Source: a virus. Taken from it: a stretch of 64,000 nt of DNA. Each line of letters starts with the position of its first letter. The first letter of the stretch is position 1. A program made the translations under genes and the position numbers. Shown here one piece after another: positions 1-10,529 of the stretch. The notes below the pieces were generated by a model. The model did not search any database. It was not told the DNA's origin and worked only from the letters and a program-made list of their open reading frames with translations. The DNA is taken from IMG/VR virus record IMGVR_UViG_3300024270_000070; one strand, 5' to 3'.

Positions 1-1176
1 GAATATGGTGATGTCTACATTGAAACCACAGAGGAATTGAAAGTTTATGATGAAGGTGTTAAATATCTCAGGTTTCAAGATAAGATTTCTGACCTTCTGA
101 ATATCGTGGGTGAATACCCTAAGACTAATGATGTCTATTATGTATATGACATTACTGAACAAGATAAGTATGATTGGGGACTTATAGGAGAGGAACCCCA
201 ACCAACAATGTCTCATTATTTCATCCTTAAGGATACGGCATATGATGAGGTTTTGGGTGTTATCAGGGATGAAAATGGTAATATGACCATTGAAAATGAT
301 GGGGAATATTTTAATGAAGAAGGGGAACTTGTGGATGACCCAACTAACGAGCCCGGATATCCTAACCTTAAATGGAGAAAATATCCAACGAGAAAATGTG
401 GTTGGAAGAATATCAGTGAGGAAGAATTGAAAGAAGGTAAGACAAGGGATGCTCAAAAGGTTTTCTACCTTGAAAGTATTGTTGAAAACAATCTTGGAAA
501 TGCGCCTCACTCAGGTAAGGGTGAATATGATGACGGAGAAGAATATAAAGTATTCTTTGAAGATATGTTCAAACCTGCAAGGGATAACGAAGAATTCGAT
601 TATGTCGATGATAGAGTACTCCCGTGGACAGATTCCTTTAATTGGGAAGGTATGGAAAATCTTAGTGGTCAGACAATTGGTTTTAATATGAAGAAAGAAA
701 TCGACAATATTAAATGTTGGTATTTTACTGATTTGTCAATGACTCACAACCTCCAACTTCTCTCTCATGTGGGGGGTAATAAATATGATGAATTGGGTCA
801 TGAGGTACCGAGTGTTGGAATCGGAGACTCACCTCGTTTCTATGAAGACCGCAGGGACGAAGGGGATGGTTCGACAGGCCTTTTCAATAGCAGGCAATAC
901 CCAATAATGACTCCATATAATATGGAGGGTGGTTCAGTAGATGATGAAGCGGCGGCTAATTCAATTATAAACACAAAAGCGTTATATATTGAATTTATCC
1001 CTGATTTACAGGCGCCGAACAGCATGTATGAGTTTATAGATGACTCAGCAATGCATTATGTTAAGCAAATAATCCCTTCAACGACGATATTTAAGTATAA
1101 GGTACCGATGACGGGATGGGATGTATTCTGTTATCATAGAACTTATTTACAATCAGCAATATTAAATAACGAATAA
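1..1176 (+). CDS. hypothetical acidic structural-module protein, 5' partial
   Basis: ORF track 37..1176; the same frame is open back to base 1 so the gene probably starts upstream of the window; no recognisable catalytic motif. Confidence 0.45.
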   Translation, partial: EYGDVYIETTEELKVYDEGVKYLRFQDKISDLLNIVGEYPKTNDVYYVYDITEQDKYDWGLIGEEPQPTMSHYFILKDTAYDEVLGVIRDENGNMTIENDGEYFNEEGELVDDPTNEPGYPNLKWRKYPTRKCGWKNISEEELKEGKTRDAQKVFYLESIVENNLGNAPHSGKGEYDDGEEYKVFFEDMFKPARDNEEFDYVDDRVLPWTDSFNWEGMENLSGQTIGFNMKKEIDNIKCWYFTDLSMTHNLQLLSHVGGNKYDELGHEVPSVGIGDSPRFYEDRRDEGDGSTGLFNSRQYPIMTPYNMEGGSVDDEAAANSIINTKALYIEFIPDLQAPNSMYEFIDDSAMHYVKQIIPSTTIFKYKVPMTGWDVFCYHRTYLQSAILNNE

Positions 1177-1194
1177 GATAAAATATATAATACA

Positions 1195-2637
1195 ATGGCA
1201 GTAACTTACGCTTGGAGACTCGACTCCAATAAATATGCATATATTCTTCCACCATACAAGTTAGAAGCATGTACGGGGCCTAAAACAGAAAATAACCCTG
1301 AAGCGAAGTATAGTTTGGAATATGGTTTCTTGTCGAACACCCCTTTAACCGATTACTTTTTACGTGCTGTGGGAACTGCGGCTGAGGATAAATTTGGCAA
1401 AAATTCTGAAGGGGGGCTTGCAGCATATCAGGACGCATTTGATGCTATGCTGGCTAAAATATCCGGCGCAACAAATGGTGCTCTTACTCAAATTGGGGAA
1501 AATGAAATTACTACAATTTCTGATTGGAAGGGTTTGGGGAATGCCGATATACTTAGTGCTGACGTGTATTTTAATGTGGATTCTGAAAATTGTGCTGATT
1601 TAAGGGGTGTTGGTATTAAAGGAACTCGTTATCTTGGTTCTATCAAAGATGATAATAATAATGGGGTTGATATTAATAGTGTGACATATCAGGCTGCAAG
1701 TGAAACTGTACGAGCCGGTATGCCGGGGTATATTGACGTGTATGGTATATATATGGAAGATAATCCTGCGATGGAAGACCCTAATTCAGGAGTAATAAAA
1801 AATGCTCCTGAATATATGTTTGTAATCAGGAATGGTAAAGATGGGGCTCAGGGACCTCAGGGAGAAAAGGGGGATGAAAATACTAATGATTTATCAGAAT
1901 ATGCTAAGAAAACAGACTTAGAGGCTTTAAGTAAGCGCGTGGATGATTTGGCAGACGAGATATCGAAACTTGATTTAGAGACAATTCTTCAGCGTATTGG
2001 TAATATAGAAGGTCTGTATAATACTTTACTAAATGAGTTTGAGCGGCTTAAATCTTACGTTGATGACCTTAATGAAAAAATCGATAATAGTAATAATAAT
2101 GATAATAATGATGGGCCAACCACTATCGTTGGTGGTGGAAGTAAAATAGAGATTGTACCACTGGGTGATGTTTCAGGCGATAGAAATGATTATGATTATG
2201 AGGAAGGTGCCACGGAAGATGGGGATATTGATGGATGGTATGGTGAACCTGTAAATGATAAAGTATTTCATCTTTTAGGATATCTTGAACAAGACGGATA
2301 TCTTAGTGTAGATGGTGGGGGGCTTCGTGAAATGCCGGAGGTGACAAGACTTTATTCGCTCCCTAATATTGGAGTTACGCTTAAGGGTGTCACTTTTGGT
2401 GTTGAGAGAGAAATGGATTTATATGTTAATGGTAATACTCACATTGAAGGGGATGCAGTGGTGATGGATAATATTAAAGCTAAAAACTTGATTGCCTCAA
2501 ATAAATCATATGTAAAAGAAGGTTTTTATCAAGCAACTCCAGAAGAAATAGCAGAAGAAATAGGAGAAGAAGTACCAATTATTGAGGAAGTTGAAAAGTA
2601 TAATGAGTTTTCAACTGACCCAAGTGAAAATAACTAA
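1195..2637 (+). CDS. tail fibre protein with short collagen-like segment and coiled coil
   Basis: G-x-y x5 (GKDGAQGPQGEKGDE); heptad stretch LEALSKRVDDLADEISKLDLETILQRIGNIEGL; acidic C-terminus; placed among fibre genes. Confidence 0.5.
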   Translation: MAVTYAWRLDSNKYAYILPPYKLEACTGPKTENNPEAKYSLEYGFLSNTPLTDYFLRAVGTAAEDKFGKNSEGGLAAYQDAFDAMLAKISGATNGALTQIGENEITTISDWKGLGNADILSADVYFNVDSENCADLRGVGIKGTRYLGSIKDDNNNGVDINSVTYQAASETVRAGMPGYIDVYGIYMEDNPAMEDPNSGVIKNAPEYMFVIRNGKDGAQGPQGEKGDENTNDLSEYAKKTDLEALSKRVDDLADEISKLDLETILQRIGNIEGLYNTLLNEFERLKSYVDDLNEKIDNSNNNDNNDGPTTIVGGGSKIEIVPLGDVSGDRNDYDYEEGATEDGDIDGWYGEPVNDKVFHLLGYLEQDGYLSVDGGGLREMPEVTRLYSLPNIGVTLKGVTFGVEREMDLYVNGNTHIEGDAVVMDNIKAKNLIASNKSYVKEGFYQATPEEIAEEIGEEVPIIEEVEKYNEFSTDPSENN

Positions 2638-2650
2638 GTTAATAAGAAAA

Positions 2651-2680
2651 AGCATCGCCATGGCGATGCTTTTTTATTTT
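2651..2680. terminator. bidirectional intrinsic terminator
   Basis: perfect palindrome AGCATCGCCATGGCGATGCT followed by TTTTTTATTTT; between convergent genes 1195..2637(+) and 2679..3161(-). Confidence 0.75.
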
Positions 2681-3161
2681 AAGAATTTTTCTTCTTTGCT
2701 TTCTTAAGTGCCTTTTCCTCAGCCTTGCGTTTCTTTTCTTCATCTTCTATCTGTTGAAGAGTTAATGCAGCAAGTTCAAGTTTCTGTATGATGATATCCT
2801 TATACTTATGGTACATTCCGAGAGAGACTGTAATTGTTGGTTCCCCACCAATTACAACTTTATCTTTTTCCATATCATAGTGTACTGGAGCGAGAGCGTT
2901 TTCTATCCAAAGACGCTTTGTTTGGTCATCCACGAGGTCAAAGGCTGCTTCATATATTGAAATGACAACAACATCTTCCATGTCAAGGGCAAGTTCAACA
3001 ATTTCATTTGCTTTCTGAACCTTTGTAACTTCTTTCTTCGATTTCTTAATATTAAAAACCTTGAATTCAACGTAACCACTTAGGTCGGTACGTTCTTTAA
3101 CAACTTCTTTTACCAATTCCTCATATTCGGGGCTTGCTACTGTTAAATTTTTCTTTCCCAT
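2679..3161 (-). CDS. hypothetical protein (K/E-rich C-terminus)
   Basis: ORF track 2679..3215 begins with TTG; first ATG (MGKKNLTV) at 3161; promoter-like CAAAGATA (TATCTTTG on minus) at 3185..3192 lies between the two candidate starts. Confidence 0.5.
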   Translation of the reverse strand: MGKKNLTVASPEYEELVKEVVKERTDLSGYVEFKVFNIKKSKKEVTKVQKANEIVELALDMEDVVVISIYEAAFDLVDDQTKRLWIENALAPVHYDMEKDKVVIGGEPTITVSLGMYHKYKDIIIQKLELAALTLQQIEDEEKKRKAEEKALKKAKKKNS

Positions 3162-3184
3162 AATTTTTATTTCATTTAATGTTG

Positions 3185-3192
3185 CAAAGATA
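3185..3192 (-). promoter_or_regulatory. Bacteroides-type -7 promoter motif (TATCTTTG on minus strand)
   Basis: TAnnTTTG consensus read on minus strand, ~20 nt upstream of ATG at 3161. Confidence 0.4.
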
Positions 3193-3283
3193 GGTTTTAA
3201 TAGGGAAAAAAACAAATTTTTTTGACGAAAAAATGATATTTATAGTGTGTTTGATAATTTATTGATATTTAAACGTTTTAGTG

Positions 3284-4264
3284 ATGTCTGAAATCAAAGA
3301 AAATAGCAAAGAAATAACTAATAATACACTTTTGAGGGAGGAGTGTATTCGCCGTTGGCATGAGGCGGGAATTGAGGCCCGTAAACGTAATAAGGAAAAG
3401 AGGGATGCTGAGCGTTTAGAACATGAAAAATGGCTTGAGGAACATCCGGAAGAGGCCGAAAAAGAGAAGGAAAGAGAGAGGGAGAAACGGAGAAAATCGC
3501 ATGTAAGGAGAAGAGGGCGCCCTAAAAAACGAGGTCCTAAGAAGAAAAGACGATATATTCCCAAAAAGAAGAAGGAACGTCGTAAAGTTTATTGTGATTA
3601 TAAGATAGTTGGGGTTTTGAATGGGAGCCAAAACGAATATATAGGGCAATTCATAAGTATTGAAGACGCTTACGAGTGTTTTCATGCTCTTGAAAAATCA
3701 AATGATGAAGTTATTTTTAGAAGAAAAGTTATTAATGCTGGCTCCTTAAAAGATAGTCGCGATGAATATCTTCTTCTTAAGAAAAATAGGAACGGGGATT
3801 TACAGAATACCAAACTCAGAAATGAATATGGGAAACTCGTTGAACATATAACAAATCACCCCAAATGGGTTGTTTATGACAAATGCGAACGTTTTGTTGA
3901 AGAAACTTTTTGGGTATATGGTCATTGCCCGAAAACGGACAGGAAAACTTTTAAATGGATATTTGATAATATGATTGTTGGTGGGCTCGTTAGAGATTAT
4001 GATATTGAACGCATTCTCATATATAAAAACAAGATTATAATCAAATATGATGACGGAAATATGGGTATTGTCATCTGTAAGAATACTTCTGATGCGATGC
4101 GTTTCTATGACCTTCTTCAGACGTGGTGTAAAAAAATGCGTCAGATTTTTTTCTTAGGCTCTTTTGATAAAATTTCCGATAGGAGGAGAGAACTTGAAAA
4201 AGAACTTATTGAATATACAGGTTGGTCGAAAGTTAAAATACAAAGAGACTCGACAAGAGCCTAA
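3284..4264 (+). CDS. highly basic protein with AT-hook-like GRP motifs (putative DNA-binding)
   Basis: first ATG at 3284 (track start 3281 is GTG); segment RRRGRPKKRGPKKKRRYIPKKKKERRK preceded by an E/K/R-rich run; C-terminal globular part has no known motif. Confidence 0.5.
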   Translation: MSEIKENSKEITNNTLLREECIRRWHEAGIEARKRNKEKRDAERLEHEKWLEEHPEEAEKEKEREREKRRKSHVRRRGRPKKRGPKKKRRYIPKKKKERRKVYCDYKIVGVLNGSQNEYIGQFISIEDAYECFHALEKSNDEVIFRRKVINAGSLKDSRDEYLLLKKNRNGDLQNTKLRNEYGKLVEHITNHPKWVVYDKCERFVEETFWVYGHCPKTDRKTFKWIFDNMIVGGLVRDYDIERILIYKNKIIIKYDDGNMGIVICKNTSDAMRFYDLLQTWCKKMRQIFFLGSFDKISDRRRELEKELIEYTGWSKVKIQRDSTRA

Positions 4265-4305
4265 ACCTTTAAAATAAAAGGATATTTATAGAAAACTATT
4301 TTTCA

Positions 4306-6033
4306 ATGTTTGGTAATATAAAAAAGAATAATGTCAGGGGCCTTGGGCTTAAACTGAGAAACGATGAATATTATGATTTCATGCTTTATAAAGGTGAGTG
4401 TTATTCGGCTTACGATTTCTCGTCTTGTATTGTTATGGGGTTGGATGCTAAGAACATTGGAAAAGATGGGTCTTGGAAATCGTCATATATGTGGGGTGAG
4501 GCAACCACATCTGACGTTCTATTAAATAATATCGGTTATACTGGTGTTGACAACGGTCTGATAAAATTTGAAAAAGATAGGATTACTAACAAAGAGTTCC
4601 TCGATGTTTTCACAGGAAGCAGTTTTACTGCATCAGGTGGAGCAATAACTATGTATCCAATAACAGGGAATACATTAAGATATTCATATCCTTATGAGGC
4701 CAATGATGATTTTGTTTCACTTAAAGGCGGATTTTTTCAAGGTTTTTATAAAATTGAGGGGTCTGATTACCAAATCTTGCCTAATGTAATTGAAAGTGAT
4801 TGGAATTTTGAGATTACGTTACGGAGAAGGGATTATGAGGTGGGGGATGACACGTTAGTCTACAGATATCCAAATAATAAAGGAATTTTCTTTTATATGG
4901 GTACAAGAGCCGAAAATAAGTTTTCGGTTTACTATGGTGTTGATGAGAAGGAATTTGTAAGTAATTCGGGGGATGATTATTTTGCTGAAGGCGGACCAAC
5001 ATATGAAAATATGTGTGGTGGGGAATATCTTTGTGCAAACAAATCTGTGGATATAATAAAGGATACCCCTTTTGATTCCGATTATTTTGGTGAAGAAATG
5101 GAATACAATACCAATGTATGTGGTGAGGATGATTACTTCAGTGGAGATTATTTCGATAAAGGATGTCCTGATAATGGGCTTGCTCTTGATGGGGAATATT
5201 TTGAAACGGATGTTGATATTAATGATGATACACTTAAAGGTTTGAAGACAAAAGATGGATATTCATTATCCCAACAAGAAAAAGATACACTTATAACTGA
5301 TAATAAATTTTTGTTGTTCAATAGGACGAAAACAGGTTATACAACAGATACATGGGATAGTACAATTGAAAAAGTTAAGTTCGTTGATGTCCCAAAACCT
5401 GAAACTGAAAATAAATTCTTATTGTTCAACAGAACAAAAACAGGTTATACAACGGATAATTTCAATGAGTATGAAGTTGGAAATAAGGACCAATATGATG
5501 TTCTTAAGGACTTGAAAGAAAATGCTTTTGCTGTTAAGATTGATGAGGATGGCGCGATAAGTTATCGTTACGCAATAAATGATTGTGATTCTGAGAGTGG
5601 TTACAGCGTTCTGAGTGAAAGGAGTGTTACGGGTCTTGTTAAGGTGGATGAATGGGTAACTATTAATATTAGAGTTTCGATATTAGGTTCTGATGGTGTT
5701 GAATGTGGTACGGGAGTGGGTGACAGAAAAATGAAACTATATTTTTATGTAAACGGTAATCTTGTTCTTGTAAGTAAAGAACTCCCTGAATTTAGATTTA
5801 GAGGTCTTGATGAAATTCCTGAAAAACAGGAGGCGGTTCCTTATAATATTTCTATTGGTGGGGGTACTCAGGGGCTTGTTGATGGAATATGGTTGAAAGA
5901 CATTATCGTATCCGATGATTATTTCCCTTTAATGAAAGATTTTGGTGGTAGTTTCATTGGTGATATAAAAAGTTTTAGATTTTATAATTGTTTCCGCAAT
6001 TATCCTGATATTCGCAACTCGGTTTTGGCTTGA
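4306..6033 (+). CDS. structural protein with LamG/concanavalin-like C-terminal domain and internal duplication
   Basis: KLYFYVNGNLVLVS..GIWLKDIIVSDDYF resembles laminin-G jelly-roll; duplicated segment NKFLLFNRTKTGYTTD x2 (nt 5303-5350 and 5411-5458). Confidence 0.5.
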   Translation: MFGNIKKNNVRGLGLKLRNDEYYDFMLYKGECYSAYDFSSCIVMGLDAKNIGKDGSWKSSYMWGEATTSDVLLNNIGYTGVDNGLIKFEKDRITNKEFLDVFTGSSFTASGGAITMYPITGNTLRYSYPYEANDDFVSLKGGFFQGFYKIEGSDYQILPNVIESDWNFEITLRRRDYEVGDDTLVYRYPNNKGIFFYMGTRAENKFSVYYGVDEKEFVSNSGDDYFAEGGPTYENMCGGEYLCANKSVDIIKDTPFDSDYFGEEMEYNTNVCGEDDYFSGDYFDKGCPDNGLALDGEYFETDVDINDDTLKGLKTKDGYSLSQQEKDTLITDNKFLLFNRTKTGYTTDTWDSTIEKVKFVDVPKPETENKFLLFNRTKTGYTTDNFNEYEVGNKDQYDVLKDLKENAFAVKIDEDGAISYRYAINDCDSESGYSVLSERSVTGLVKVDEWVTINIRVSILGSDGVECGTGVGDRKMKLYFYVNGNLVLVSKELPEFRFRGLDEIPEKQEAVPYNISIGGGTQGLVDGIWLKDIIVSDDYFPLMKDFGGSFIGDIKSFRFYNCFRNYPDIRNSVLA

Positions 6034-6091
6034 GTTTACTATTTATAAACAAATAAGGCGACGAATAATATTCAATTAATAATAATACAGT

Positions 6092-8080
6092 ATGGCTACA
6101 CAAAACGGTGTTATATACTATAAGCTTGACCCACGAAACCATTATGATGGTGATGTTACGAAAAATTGTGGTTTGAGCGGAGGTGAAATCGATGGCAACT
6201 TCAATTTCCTTAGGGGATATGATATTGCTGATTTTGAAGTATCAAAAGATAAAACCGAACTTACGATTATACGCCACAATGGTGAAAAACTCCCGGTTAA
6301 CATATATAACCCAAATCTCTATCAATTTGAGTATGATAAGGTTAATGGGGTGTTGAAAGTTACTATGGTGAAAGGCGATGATGGTGAACCTGTTGTTGTA
6401 AATGAGGTTGAAGGTTTTCTTTCTGAGAAAAATTTCCATGTTTATGGGAATCCTACAATTACAGGTGACGGTACGAGATATCGTCCAATACAGGTTTCTT
6501 CAATAGCAAAGACCGGAACATATCAACCTGTGATTGATATTCTTGATACAATTGAAGGGAAAACTATTCCTATTAAGGGAAATACAAAGGGGGACCGTTA
6601 TGTAACGAAGGAAAAAATTAGTTCTTTCGGGCTTCTTTACCCTCTTGATGGCATTGAGGCTATACAGAAACGCCTTGAAGAAATAGGGAGTGAATGGCGA
6701 GTACCTACAAAGGCGGATTGGGACCAACTTCTTAATATAGTAGAGGATTGTCCTCAGGATAAGACGCATGATGATAAGAGAAATCCCGCCAATGAATATC
6801 TTGGTGTAAATGCTGGTAAGTATCTTAAATCTAATGAACTTTGGGAACCTATCTACAGAAAGATTCGTGAGGATGAAGATTTTGTTGAAGGTGAACGTTA
6901 TGATTATGTGGATGGACAGTATATACCTAATGAAAATGGGGCTTATGTTAAGGAACTTTATTCTGACGATAGATTTGGTTTCGGTATTTATCCTCTCGGT
7001 TTCGGTGAAAGAAGAGGTATAAGTACAATAGGTGGTTTTGGAAAATGGGCTGCTTTTTGGACATCTTCAGAAGAAGATACCAAAAAGGATATGTTCGTTA
7101 AGGTTTTTTCAAACGATGAATGTGCTGTAGAGCAGAATACATGGGGTCGCGATTGTTACCTTAGCCTTAGACTTGTTAAAAATTATAATGGTACTAATCT
7201 TTATGATACTGAGGTAATTGATGGTAATACGGTACCAACAATTTATATTGATGTTAAGGATGGTGACCGTGAAAAATACGATACTACCCTTATTTGGACA
7301 AAAGAAAACATTGGTTTCAATAATAAGGAGTTCGGGGGTGTCGTTTCAAAAGAATGGGAACCTCATTTGGAAAACTATTCCGATATCAGATACTATGTAA
7401 ATGATTGGGATGGCACAAAATGGGTAAAACACGAACTTCATGAAGGTGAGTCGATTGTAGTCATTGAACATGATGATATCAGAATGCATGAGTGGCGTCT
7501 CGTTGATGGCGAATTTGTAGATACTGCAGAGATGGTAAAGGGTGAGTTCGGTGAAGAACTCGCAAAACTTGATGCTGTAATCAAAGAGGTCTCAGGTAGA
7601 ATTGATGCCTTAGATGATAGAATGGATGTTGTTGAAACTTGCATTGCTGATGTTGAGGAGAACATAAAGAACAACGAATCTGAAATAAAAGTTCTTGATG
7701 AGAAAATTGAACTTGAAAAAAGTGAGAGAATTGCAGCAGATGCTGTTCTTGATGGGAAGCTCGTTGCTAATGAAGAAGGCTTATTGAAAGAAACTGAGGC
7801 TCGTATTGATGGGGACATGGCCCTTGATGACAGGATTGATTCTGAGGAGAAACAGAGATATGAGGCAGATGCTGACCTTCAGAGGCAGATAAGTGAAAAT
7901 AAGGTTACCCCTGCTGATGATACACTTGTGATAGTACCGGGTTTTACCGATGAAAATGGTGCCGTTGAAGGGGCTAAAATTTCGGTGAAACTTCCATTAG
8001 GTGGAATGATAAAGTTTGATGAGGAAGGACTTTATTTTGATGGGGACTACAGTTTCGGGGGAAACATTATAACTGAGTAA
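6092..8080 (+). CDS. tail fibre protein with Fib_succ_major-like domain and C-terminal coiled coil
   Basis: WRVPTKADWDQLLNIV...GFGIYPLGFGERRGISTIGGFGKWAAFWTSSEED matches the Fibrobacter succinogenes major paralogous domain pattern (GW-LPS--EW--L ... SGFSALPAGYR ... FWSST); followed by heptad repeats (IDALDDRMDVVETCIADVEENIKNNESEIKVLDEKIELEK). Confidence 0.55.
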   Translation: MATQNGVIYYKLDPRNHYDGDVTKNCGLSGGEIDGNFNFLRGYDIADFEVSKDKTELTIIRHNGEKLPVNIYNPNLYQFEYDKVNGVLKVTMVKGDDGEPVVVNEVEGFLSEKNFHVYGNPTITGDGTRYRPIQVSSIAKTGTYQPVIDILDTIEGKTIPIKGNTKGDRYVTKEKISSFGLLYPLDGIEAIQKRLEEIGSEWRVPTKADWDQLLNIVEDCPQDKTHDDKRNPANEYLGVNAGKYLKSNELWEPIYRKIREDEDFVEGERYDYVDGQYIPNENGAYVKELYSDDRFGFGIYPLGFGERRGISTIGGFGKWAAFWTSSEEDTKKDMFVKVFSNDECAVEQNTWGRDCYLSLRLVKNYNGTNLYDTEVIDGNTVPTIYIDVKDGDREKYDTTLIWTKENIGFNNKEFGGVVSKEWEPHLENYSDIRYYVNDWDGTKWVKHELHEGESIVVIEHDDIRMHEWRLVDGEFVDTAEMVKGEFGEELAKLDAVIKEVSGRIDALDDRMDVVETCIADVEENIKNNESEIKVLDEKIELEKSERIAADAVLDGKLVANEEGLLKETEARIDGDMALDDRIDSEEKQRYEADADLQRQISENKVTPADDTLVIVPGFTDENGAVEGAKISVKLPLGGMIKFDEEGLYFDGDYSFGGNIITE

Positions 8081-8097
8081 GAAGAAATTAATATATC

Positions 8098-9939
8098 ATG
8101 AAGAATAGATTACAATTTAACTATTATATGCCTGCTTCTTTCCCTTATACAAGGGAAAAGGCGGTGCTTTTCATAGAAAATCTCTTCAGTAAGAATACAA
8201 ATTCTCAAACTTCCCTTCCTGCTGAGCCTGTTGTTGTCTTTTATGGTGAAACAGCGGAAGAGTCGACGCCATTGATTGGTATTGGACGTGGTGGTGATGG
8301 TAAGGATATTCTTAATAATATGCCTTATTATCTGATTGACTATACAAAGGCGATTAATGACATTGAAACTCTTTTTGGCAATGTAGATACTTTAAAAAAA
8401 GAGGACGAGAAACTTAATCTTGCTATTGCTGAAATTAACAATAATATTGATGAGATTAAGAAAAATGCAATAAGAATTGAGGAGAAATTTGATTCGGAAG
8501 TCAAGAGAATAGATGAAGCAATCGCCACAGAAATATCAAGAGCAACGGGGGTTGAAGATGAAATCAAGGGATTACTCCATGAGGAATCCGACCGTGCAAA
8601 AAGTGCTGAAAGTGACCTTCAGTCTAAGATTAATGTTAATAGAACATACGCTGAAGGAGTTGACCAACGTCTTTCTGAAACAATTGCAAGCAACACAAAT
8701 GACCATACCGAAATAAGAACTGCAATAAATGCTGAAGTTGGGAGAGCGACAAGTCGTGAAGATGCGTTAAGTGGTGAAATTGCTGCAGAATCATCAAGAG
8801 CGATGGGCGCTGAGCATGAAATTAGTGATAGGCTTTCAATCGCGATTGCAAATATTGACTCAGCCAAAGCAAGTATTACAACTAATAAGGTAATGTCAAC
8901 AAATAAAACCATTGGTGTTGTCGCTACCGATGGTGTTGGAACTGACCTTTCTGTAAATGTTGACCAAAAGACTATTGTTATTGATGCATTAACAGGTAAA
9001 CTTAGTGTTGACGCAAACGAAATTAGACAACCAATTAGTTCGGAAGATAAAGTTCTGACAAATGATGAAAACGGTCTTTATGCTCAGCTTTCATTGATGT
9101 GGGTGAAATCAACAGACGGGGCCGCCAATGATGAAATTCAACTCATCGGTAAGAATGGTCTTGTAATTTCAAGAATTGATGTTGCGGATTTCATTAAAGA
9201 TGGTATTCTTAATGGGGTTGAACTCATTGATATTGATGGTGTTAGTTATATTCGTTTTACTTTCAATACGGGGGAGGTAATTGACCTTAATGTGAAAGAC
9301 CTTATTGATGTTTACAAGGCGGGTGACGGTCTTCAACTTGTTGACAACGTTTTTTCAATCAAGAGGGATGCAACTTCAGAGAATTTTCTTACAGTATCAC
9401 CTGACGGTATAAAGGTATCGGGCATACAATCTGCAATTGATGTTGCTAATGTTGGGCTTGTAAATGCAATTGATGCTGTTGATGCGAAGGTTGAAGTGCT
9501 TAATGGGAGTCTTGAAACTCCTGGTTCGGTAAAACAGATAGTTTCACAAACAATCATAGCAAATGAGGTGACTGATATTACTCCGGAGAATGTTTCGGGA
9601 CAAACTCTTCTTAGACGAGTTGCAACTTCAGGCTCAATTTATGCTTCGAACAGGGCAGCCGACATTGTTTATGTTGGGGCAGATAGTTCGCAGTCCAATG
9701 TTAATGTAATTCTCACAAAATTGCTTGAAGAGAATGCAATTCTTAAGGAAAAGGTTGCTGTTCTTGAAAGTAATGAATATAAGGAGGCTCTTTATACGGA
9801 ATTTGCAAACAGAATTTACAATTCAATTAAGGGCACAGCACTAGAAATTGGTGTTAAGAAAACTTATGACGTAACAGATGCAGTTAATGGTCTTGAAATA
9901 GGTTTTGCTGATGACGCTGTTTTCCAAGCAGGTGCTTAA
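8098..9939 (+). CDS. tail fibre protein (repeat-containing)
   Basis: repeated EIS/GRATxxEDxxSG-EI units (ISRATGVEDEI, VGRATSREDALSGEI, SSRAMGAEHEI), coiled-coil and beta-rich C-terminus. Confidence 0.5.
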   Translation: MKNRLQFNYYMPASFPYTREKAVLFIENLFSKNTNSQTSLPAEPVVVFYGETAEESTPLIGIGRGGDGKDILNNMPYYLIDYTKAINDIETLFGNVDTLKKEDEKLNLAIAEINNNIDEIKKNAIRIEEKFDSEVKRIDEAIATEISRATGVEDEIKGLLHEESDRAKSAESDLQSKINVNRTYAEGVDQRLSETIASNTNDHTEIRTAINAEVGRATSREDALSGEIAAESSRAMGAEHEISDRLSIAIANIDSAKASITTNKVMSTNKTIGVVATDGVGTDLSVNVDQKTIVIDALTGKLSVDANEIRQPISSEDKVLTNDENGLYAQLSLMWVKSTDGAANDEIQLIGKNGLVISRIDVADFIKDGILNGVELIDIDGVSYIRFTFNTGEVIDLNVKDLIDVYKAGDGLQLVDNVFSIKRDATSENFLTVSPDGIKVSGIQSAIDVANVGLVNAIDAVDAKVEVLNGSLETPGSVKQIVSQTIIANEVTDITPENVSGQTLLRRVATSGSIYASNRAADIVYVGADSSQSNVNVILTKLLEENAILKEKVAVLESNEYKEALYTEFANRIYNSIKGTALEIGVKKTYDVTDAVNGLEIGFADDAVFQAGA

Positions 9940-9963
9940 TATTAGAGAAAAACGTTTAAAAGA

Positions 9964-10317
9964 ATGGCTTTTAACAATCACATAGGAATTTATGCAACAA
10001 TGGAGGAGTTTCAGGCAAATGTTAACTTGCTTGAAACCCCTTGGGTTGCTTATGTGGGAACCCCCGGGTCTCCAGACTATAAAGTTCTTTACCCAAATGA
10101 CCTTGTTGTAAAGGATAATGCGGGTGTTAATATTGCTGAGGAAATTCTCAGACTTAAACCTGTTATATGTACTCAGGATGAGTACGATATTCTCATTTCT
10201 GAAGGTTCAGGATATGTTACGGGTGCTGATGGTATTACCAATGGTCCTGTTGATTATAATCCTGAGGTATACTATTATACTTATGATGCCACTGAGTTGG
10301 AAGAGGAGGAAGCATGA
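9964..10317 (+). CDS. hypothetical small structural protein
   Basis: ORF track; ATG start; acidic C-terminal tail EEEEA. Confidence 0.4.
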   Translation: MAFNNHIGIYATMEEFQANVNLLETPWVAYVGTPGSPDYKVLYPNDLVVKDNAGVNIAEEILRLKPVICTQDEYDILISEGSGYVTGADGITNGPVDYNPEVYYYTYDATELEEEEA

Positions 10318-10505
10318 TTTATAGAAATGGCATAGAATTAACGGGGCTTAAAACTCCTAAAAAAGAAAGTATTGGTAAAGGGCTGACCGTACAGGCAATT
10401 TATTATATGGGGGTAGTCCTCTATCAGGCAATACGTTCTTGTTTTGGTAGCGGCATTTGGGTGAATACCAAAGGTTGGGCCAATGATGAGGCGTGGAAAA
10501 ATTAA
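10314..10505 (+). CDS. hypothetical small protein (translationally coupled)
   Basis: ATGA stop/start overlap with upstream gene at 10314. Confidence 0.35.
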   Translation: MIYRNGIELTGLKTPKKESIGKGLTVQAIYYMGVVLYQAIRSCFGSGIWVNTKGWANDEAWKN

Positions 10506-10529
10506 AGATAAAAACATACCAATTATTAT

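Noticed and set aside
3259-3685. Antisense ORFs 3259..3564 and 3416..3685 overlapping the basic-protein gene
   Set aside because: Entirely embedded opposite a much longer ORF with strong composition signal; products are low-complexity S/L/F-rich artefacts of the purine-rich sense strand.
7438-7818. Minus-strand 126-aa ORF inside fibre gene 6092..8080, and similar embedded ORFs (8340..8567, 8619..8912, 20435..20673, 35312..35794, 37115..37911, 55927..56172, 61462..61734)
   Set aside because: All lie wholly inside longer, motif-supported genes on the other strand or frame. No start-proximal promoter motif; S/T/A-rich mirror-frame composition.
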